A DNA stretch of 64,000 nt from a virus. Taxonomy: Duplodnaviria; Caudoviricetes. The stretch covers positions 11,121 through 75,120 of IMG/VR virus record IMGVR_UViG_3300006930_000001; one strand, 5' to 3'. This document shows, one piece after another, positions 58,642 through 64,000 of the stretch (the first letter of the stretch is position 1; each line of letters begins with the position of its first letter). The translations under genes were made by a program, and so were the position numbers. The notes under the pieces were generated by a model. It was not told the DNA's origin and did no database searches. It was given only the letters and a program-made list of their open reading frames with translations.

Positions 58642-59176
58642 TTGGCAAATCCGGGATGCTGTAAGGGATAGACATATCCTAATCAGTCCTTTTTCTCATC
58701 AGAATATCAATCCTGCCTCGTATGATGTTACGCTTGGTAATGAATTCCTGATCATAGATCATGTCGATGCAATTGATCCACATAAATCCATTCTATGGGG
58801 GGATCCATATATCGCCAATGAATATCTGATAATGCCACAGGAACATGTTCTCGCTACAACGGTTGAGATAATAGGTCTTGCTAATGGAATTGTAGCACAA
58901 TTGAATGGTAAATCGTCCTGGGGAAGATTGGGGATAACCATTCATCAAACTGCGGGATATATAGACCCTGGATTCAATGGACAGATTACATTGGAGATAT
59001 TCAATGTAAACAAGCATACTCCAGTAATTCTTCGTGCGGGAGACCGTATAGGACAACTTGTATTCCAGACTATGGAAAGAAGTAAGTATCCATACAACGC
59101 AAAGAAAGGATCCAAGTATATGTTCCAGAAAGGTGTAGTTCCGAGTAAATACTACAAGAACTTTGAAGGTGAGTAA
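58628..59176 (+). CDS. dcd: dCTP deaminase
   Basis: Start MILADWQI; NPASYDVTL, GKSSWGRLG, AGYIDPGFNGQITLE. Confidence 0.92.
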   Translation: MILADWQIRDAVRDRHILISPFSHQNINPASYDVTLGNEFLIIDHVDAIDPHKSILWGDPYIANEYLIMPQEHVLATTVEIIGLANGIVAQLNGKSSWGRLGITIHQTAGYIDPGFNGQITLEIFNVNKHTPVILRAGDRIGQLVFQTMERSKYPYNAKKGSKYMFQKGVVPSKYYKNFEGE

Positions 59177-59585
59177 TATTCCATTCAAAACAATGGGTAA
59201 GATGATCAAAGGTCTTGCAACACCAGAGGATGTCGCAGGAAAGGAAGTAGTTATCTTTCATGGTCTTGGATTTGTGGATCCAACCCTGGCATCAAAGATT
59301 AACCAGTATATTTTCTTTCTGAAACCTTCCCTGGTCCAGAGACTCTTGATTGTGGCATTTTATAAGAAAAAGATGCCATCATGGATAAAGAAACCAAAAA
59401 AGGCTGAAGAAGATGACATTGATCGATATTGTAGAGAACATGCTCTCGAACGCACTCCAGTGCTTGAAAAACTGGTTGAACAGAATTACCGAGAGTTTCT
59501 TACAGAGATTCGAGCAGATGAGCCTGCATTTACAAAGGCTGGCCTCTCTCTTACAAAACCGGCAAAAAACAAGTGGTTTGGATGA
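59163..59585 (+). CDS. Possible clamp-loader A subunit (T4 gp62-like)
   Basis: 140 aa with KINQY...KKKMPSWIKKPKK pattern; weak similarity judged by eye. Confidence 0.35.
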   Translation: MKVSNIPFKTMGKMIKGLATPEDVAGKEVVIFHGLGFVDPTLASKINQYIFFLKPSLVQRLLIVAFYKKKMPSWIKKPKKAEEDDIDRYCREHALERTPVLEKLVEQNYREFLTEIRADEPAFTKAGLSLTKPAKNKWFG

Positions 59586-59775
59586 AAAACATTGCAAAGT
59601 CTGCAGTTATCAAAGAATTCACACGAAGAGGCATGACTATGGAACGATCTGGAGAAAGCATCGTATTGTCAGGAGATCTTGGCACTGTTGAGATCGAAGA
59701 AAGTAATGGCATGCTTATTATTTCGTTCTCTTGATACCACTATTTTTATTAACTTATACCGATAAACTATACTGT

Positions 59776-60108
59776 ATGCAAGAAGCATTACAGGACCTTG
59801 GGTTCACGAAAAATGAATCATTGGTAATAGCATTTTTTGCAAATACCAAAGAAGCAGATCAACGTGATATCGAAATTGCATGTGGTATCAGGCAATCTGA
59901 AGTAAGTGTTGTTATGAAATCTCTAAAGGCAAGAGGCATAATAACATATCATGAGGTTAGCGATGGAAGAGCAGCAAGACCAAAGAAGATCTATTCAATG
60001 ATTCGGCACATGGTTACGCACAATCTTGAAAAAAAGATAGAAGCGGAATATGATGCAAGAATGAATGCACTTGATAACGTCAGGAGAATCCTGAATGATA
60101 ATATTTGA
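59776..60108 (+). CDS. TrmB-like winged-helix transcription regulator
   Basis: LQDLGFTKNES...DIEIACGIRQSEVSVVMKSL..RG; likely start MQEAL. Confidence 0.75.
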   Translation: MQEALQDLGFTKNESLVIAFFANTKEADQRDIEIACGIRQSEVSVVMKSLKARGIITYHEVSDGRAARPKKIYSMIRHMVTHNLEKKIEAEYDARMNALDNVRRILNDNI

Positions 60109-62338
60109 GGCCGTTGGTCCAGATATTGTTATACGTGGAAGGCACCCAGACAATAAACGGTATGTTGAAAGAAGAAAGTATCGTCCTTATTTCTATGCAG
60201 AGGATCCAACCGGGGAATACACCAGCCTTTTTGGTGATAAATTAAAGAAGGTAATCGTTTATCATCCTTCCCAGGTAAAGACAGAACGTGTAAATTACAA
60301 AAAGACCTTTGAATCAGATGTAGTTTACATCAATCGCTACATGATCGATAATCTGGTTGAAATTCCCCAGGAACCTATCAGACTTGCATTTATCGATATC
60401 GAAGTAGATGATGAAGGATCTAATCCAGATATCGCAAAAGCAGACAAAATGATTACTGCTATATGCGTAAATGATTCTTTTACCGGAAAATATCATTGCT
60501 TCGCTTTACGTCCACCTACATTTCCGGGATCTGATGAAACGATCAAAGGAGATACTGTAAACAGGTATATTTTCAATAATGAAGAAGATATGCTTGAAAA
60601 ATTTATCAAATTTGTAGAAGTGTTTGATTTTGATCTTTTCTGGGCATGGAATGGAGATGAATTCGATTTTCCGTATATATTCAGACGATTGAAGGATTCC
60701 AAGAAATTATCACCGATGGGAGACGTTGATAACCGAACAGGGTATCCCAAGGGTAGGGTCTGGCTGGATTTGATGTGGGCATATGACAAAATGCAAACAT
60801 CCGAACTGGATTCAAAAGGATTGGATTACTGTGCAAAGCGTGAAGGTCTTGTAGGTAAACTGGAACATGATGGCAATGTTTCCCATTTGTGGAAAACTGA
60901 CTTCAACAAATTCATGGAATACAATATCCATGATGTTGAACTGATGGTAAACATTGAGAAAGCCAGGGGCATCACAAATTACTACGATGCTGTGAGAAGG
61001 ATGACCTATTGTTACTGGTATGACATCAGGCATAACAGTAGAGTCCTTGATTTCTATTACCTGAAGAAGGCACATGAGAAAAAGATTGTATTACCAAACC
61101 ACGGTAGTGGAATTCAATGGGAGCCTATAGAAGGTGCCAGAGTTCTTGATCCGATACCAGGTATGCATTACATGGTGGCAGGGGCAGATGTGAGGTCTCT
61201 GTATCCGTCTGCAATCAAATTGGGTAACATGAGTCCCGAGACTCTTGATCCGAATGGCACAATCAAAATAGGTCCTGCAACCTTTAGAGCAGATATCCGA
61301 GGATTCTTGCCACAAGTGGTCGATGAACTATGGGATTATCGTCAGGCTCTCAAGAAAAGGATGAAAGAATATCCAGAAGAATCTCCTGAACATCAACGCC
61401 TGGACGATACACAGACAGTTACCAAATTCTTATTAAATTCGGTATATGGTCTATTACTCATGCCAAAAGCAAGATTGGCGGTCAGGGACATCGGTGCGGC
61501 AGTCACTTACTTTGGGAGAATGTTTAACCAATATATGGAACAGGTAGTCCTATCATTTGGTGTTGAAGTTGTAGCAGGTGATACAGATTCTATTATGTTC
61601 AAAGTAGAATCTCCAGAACATGCAAAAACAATCGTAGATGCCATCAATGCAGGTATCCCAAAATTCATTGAGGATAATTTTGGCGATCCACGGTATAATA
61701 TCGTATATGTGGAATTTGAGAAGATTTATCTACGTGCTTTCTTCTTGGGAGATGAGGATGGTGGATCTGTAAAGAAACGGTATGCAGGTCTCATATATTA
61801 TAAGGACGGCCATATCCTTGATAAACCAGTCATAGATATCAAAGGATTCGAAGCCAAGCGATCTGATACTCCTGGATTCATTAAGGACCTTCAAAAAGAA
61901 GTTCTGGTAAATATACTTGATGAAGTTAGCCGAAAAGAGATCGTGGGTAAGATTGCTGCAGTAAAAGCAGATATACTCAATGGAATATACACTGGAGATA
62001 ACCTGGGAATACCAAAGGGTATTAGCAGAAACCTGCATGAGTATGAACGGTCTATACCTGCCCAGGTTACTGGTGCTATTTATTCCAACACTTACCTTGG
62101 CACAAATATTAAACGGACGAAGGTAAAATACATATATGTTTCAGGAGTTCCAGATGGACTTCCAAAAACGCATGTAATATCCTTCGTTGATAAAATGCCA
62201 CCAGGATTCACAATCGATTATGAAAAGATGGCAGAAACACTGGTTACATCTAAATTTGGGAATATATTTGCGTCAATGGGATGGGATCTGGTAGAACTTG
62301 AAGGATTTACTCAGGTAAAAGGTGGTGCATTTTGGTAA
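60095..62338 (+). CDS. polB: Family B DNA polymerase
   Basis: Exonuclease FIDIE/WNG..FD/YN..D; polymerase D..SLYPS, K..LNS.YG, GDTDS, KKRY. Confidence 0.97.
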   Translation: MIIFEAVGPDIVIRGRHPDNKRYVERRKYRPYFYAEDPTGEYTSLFGDKLKKVIVYHPSQVKTERVNYKKTFESDVVYINRYMIDNLVEIPQEPIRLAFIDIEVDDEGSNPDIAKADKMITAICVNDSFTGKYHCFALRPPTFPGSDETIKGDTVNRYIFNNEEDMLEKFIKFVEVFDFDLFWAWNGDEFDFPYIFRRLKDSKKLSPMGDVDNRTGYPKGRVWLDLMWAYDKMQTSELDSKGLDYCAKREGLVGKLEHDGNVSHLWKTDFNKFMEYNIHDVELMVNIEKARGITNYYDAVRRMTYCYWYDIRHNSRVLDFYYLKKAHEKKIVLPNHGSGIQWEPIEGARVLDPIPGMHYMVAGADVRSLYPSAIKLGNMSPETLDPNGTIKIGPATFRADIRGFLPQVVDELWDYRQALKKRMKEYPEESPEHQRLDDTQTVTKFLLNSVYGLLLMPKARLAVRDIGAAVTYFGRMFNQYMEQVVLSFGVEVVAGDTDSIMFKVESPEHAKTIVDAINAGIPKFIEDNFGDPRYNIVYVEFEKIYLRAFFLGDEDGGSVKKRYAGLIYYKDGHILDKPVIDIKGFEAKRSDTPGFIKDLQKEVLVNILDEVSRKEIVGKIAAVKADILNGIYTGDNLGIPKGISRNLHEYERSIPAQVTGAIYSNTYLGTNIKRTKVKYIYVSGVPDGLPKTHVISFVDKMPPGFTIDYEKMAETLVTSKFGNIFASMGWDLVELEGFTQVKGGAFW

Positions 62339-62841
62339 AACCTACATTTGATGATATGCAGAAACTTTCAGAGCGTGCATTTGTTCTTGAACTTGAAGAG
62401 ATACCAGGCTTTGTTAGAGAAGTCATAGAAAAATTTGAACTGGAGGGTATACAGAAATGTAATCTTGCAGTTATCACATCGATTGCATTGCTCAAGAATT
62501 TTGTCGAAGGCAAACTTTTTGATATGTCAGAATCAGAATTTGAACAGACAAAATGGTTACTTCTGAAATCGTTGTTCCCAGATCTTGGTGATGGACCAAT
62601 AAGTATCATGAAATGGAATACTCTTCTTGTTCCATCAGGAGAATCGTATTTCAAGTCAATATCACCAGAAGCATTCGAAACTATTCAACAGTCTGCACGC
62701 TTGCTCTTGGATATGCATAATTCTGGAAGCAGGACCTATGAACCAGAACAGATCAAGCATTGGGAAAATATCATCAATGGCGAAGTCCCATTCGGGTATA
62801 CTATAATTAAACCGGATGAAGATCAAACCAAAGAGGTATGA
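62332..62841 (+). CDS. Hypothetical protein
   Basis: 169 aa helical. Confidence 0.6.
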   Translation: MVKPTFDDMQKLSERAFVLELEEIPGFVREVIEKFELEGIQKCNLAVITSIALLKNFVEGKLFDMSESEFEQTKWLLLKSLFPDLGDGPISIMKWNTLLVPSGESYFKSISPEAFETIQQSARLLLDMHNSGSRTYEPEQIKHWENIINGEVPFGYTIIKPDEDQTKEV

Positions 62842-63842
62842 TAGGTGAGTGTTTTATTGCGACTGCACATGGACCGATAGCGGTTGCAGATCTTCAACCC
62901 GGAGAACTTCTTTTTTCGTGGAATAATGGTTACAATCTTCGTGAACTTGAATCAATTTCAAAATTTAACGAAGCATATTTGTTTAAATCTGTATACGACA
63001 ATGGATCCATAATTCATTGCACAGATGACCAGGATATTCTTTTGCGTGGTGGAACTTACAGATCCATCAAAAATATTGATCTGATGTCATCTGTGATGGC
63101 ATTCACCAGGACAATACGTGGTAGGGAATGGTCGATAACCATGTATGATGAATCTGGTTCTCGATTACCAGAACATCACTTTATTGCCAGGGAAATGGGT
63201 ATTGTGGGTGAACATATCCATCATATCAATGGAGATCACTCTGATAACAGTCCAGAGAACCTGGTAGGTCTCACTGAAGAAGAACATCGTGCTATACACG
63301 ATCAATGGCGCAGAGATGGTATACAGAAGATAAACGACGATATAAAGGACAAGGCTGTTTCTGTTAGAGCAGAATCTTGGCGGCAATGGTATTATTCACT
63401 TTCACAAGAACAAAAGGATGAATACTGGAATAAACTACGGCTTGGTAGGCAGCGTTCAGCCAGGGAACGTATCTCAAATGGAACGCATAACTTTGTGGCA
63501 AATAATCCTATGAATGATCCCGAGGCAGTAAAGCGCATGATGCAATCGAAAATATCTACCACGGGATACAAGATGCGTGACATGGGTCTTCCCATCGATC
63601 AGCAATCCTGGGATACTTCAGTAAAAAATTCTGGGTTATACAAGAGCCATCAATTCAAATCAGGTCTGGTAATCGATACATTTGGATCTTGGCAAGAATT
63701 TATCGAATATCTTAATTCACACAATTCAAAACTGGTAAATGTAGAATTCGACTACATAGGATTGGGATTTGAACTTACTGTGGAAAATTTCGTTGTATGT
63801 GACCAAAAGATGACAAAAGGAATTGTTGTTAAGGGCATTTGA
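62838..63842 (+). CDS. Free-standing Hint (intein-like) domain with internal HNH endonuclease
   Basis: Intein block A-like GECFIATAHGPIAVADLQPGE, block B-like IHCTDDQ, HNH HHINGDHSDNSPENL...H, blocks F/G-like ELTVENFVV...GIVVKG. Confidence 0.8.
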   Translation: MIGECFIATAHGPIAVADLQPGELLFSWNNGYNLRELESISKFNEAYLFKSVYDNGSIIHCTDDQDILLRGGTYRSIKNIDLMSSVMAFTRTIRGREWSITMYDESGSRLPEHHFIAREMGIVGEHIHHINGDHSDNSPENLVGLTEEEHRAIHDQWRRDGIQKINDDIKDKAVSVRAESWRQWYYSLSQEQKDEYWNKLRLGRQRSARERISNGTHNFVANNPMNDPEAVKRMMQSKISTTGYKMRDMGLPIDQQSWDTSVKNSGLYKSHQFKSGLVIDTFGSWQEFIEYLNSHNSKLVNVEFDYIGLGFELTVENFVVCDQKMTKGIVVKGI

Positions 63843-63999
63843 AAAATTCTATGTTAGACACTTCCACCTTTTTTTCCTTATCACGTAATAACAATTCCAG
63901 GCGAGCGAGCGCATTCCACGCCACATGACTCGCATGAAGAAGTTCCGTATCCAGGTCACAATCCTCTTTCTTTTCTGATAACAGGTGTCGAAGGAGGGC
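63829..63999 (-). CDS. Partial dATP/dGTP diphosphohydrolase (DUF5664-like), 3' end
   Basis: ALLRHL...D.DTELLHASHVAWNALARLELLL; runs in from the right edge, stop TAA at 63829. Confidence 0.75.
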   Translation of the reverse strand, partial: ALLRHLLSEKKEDCDLDTELLHASHVAWNALARLELLLRDKEKKVEVSNIEFFKCP

Positions 64000-64000
64000 A

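Noticed and set aside
60095-62338. Intein inside PolB (or TerL/helicase)
   Set aside because: Motifs are contiguous and protein lengths are normal
1-64000. Provirus boundary, integrase or host chromosomal genes
   Set aside because: No recombinase, att site or housekeeping cluster seen; content is viral end to end

Overview
A 64-kb segment of a tailed dsDNA virus (Caudoviricetes) of an archaeon. It is probably siphovirus-like: long tape measure, no sheath gene seen. The host is probably a methanogen with a protein S-layer; this is inferred from an HMf-type histone, PCNA, RFC-small, MCM-like helicase, PolB, an ORB box and a PAS_4 protein. Layout: (i) 1-30447 minus strand: protease/scaffold, decoration protein, HK97-fold capsid, adaptor, a ~17-kb block of fibre/LamG/Gly-rich/collagen genes including a subtilisin fused to fibre modules, a PAS plus membrane-protein cluster, neck genes, tail tube, a tail chaperone with a -1 frameshift, and tape measure; (ii) 30585-34564 plus strand: small genes; (iii) 34565-37640: a mostly non-coding convergence zone with GGA-triloop hairpins, an archaeal ORB box, an HNH gene, duplicated AbrB-like genes and a 73-bp tandem repeat; (iv) 37646-46088 minus strand: small accessory genes; (v) 46140-63842 plus strand: MT-A70 methylase, an ~880-nt structured ncRNA locus with three aberrant tRNA-like modules, terminase, portal, histone, a replisome, dCTP deaminase, PolB and a free-standing splicing-dead intein-HNH gene. 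A partial dATP/dGTP diphosphohydrolase lies at the right edge. Most notable: the tRNA-like ncRNA locus, the viral histone behind the portal, the ORB plus hairpin region, the protease-fibre fusion, the intein-derived nuclease and a shared 19-bp operator at 4-5 promoters. All family calls come from motifs read by eye; no database search or folding program was run.
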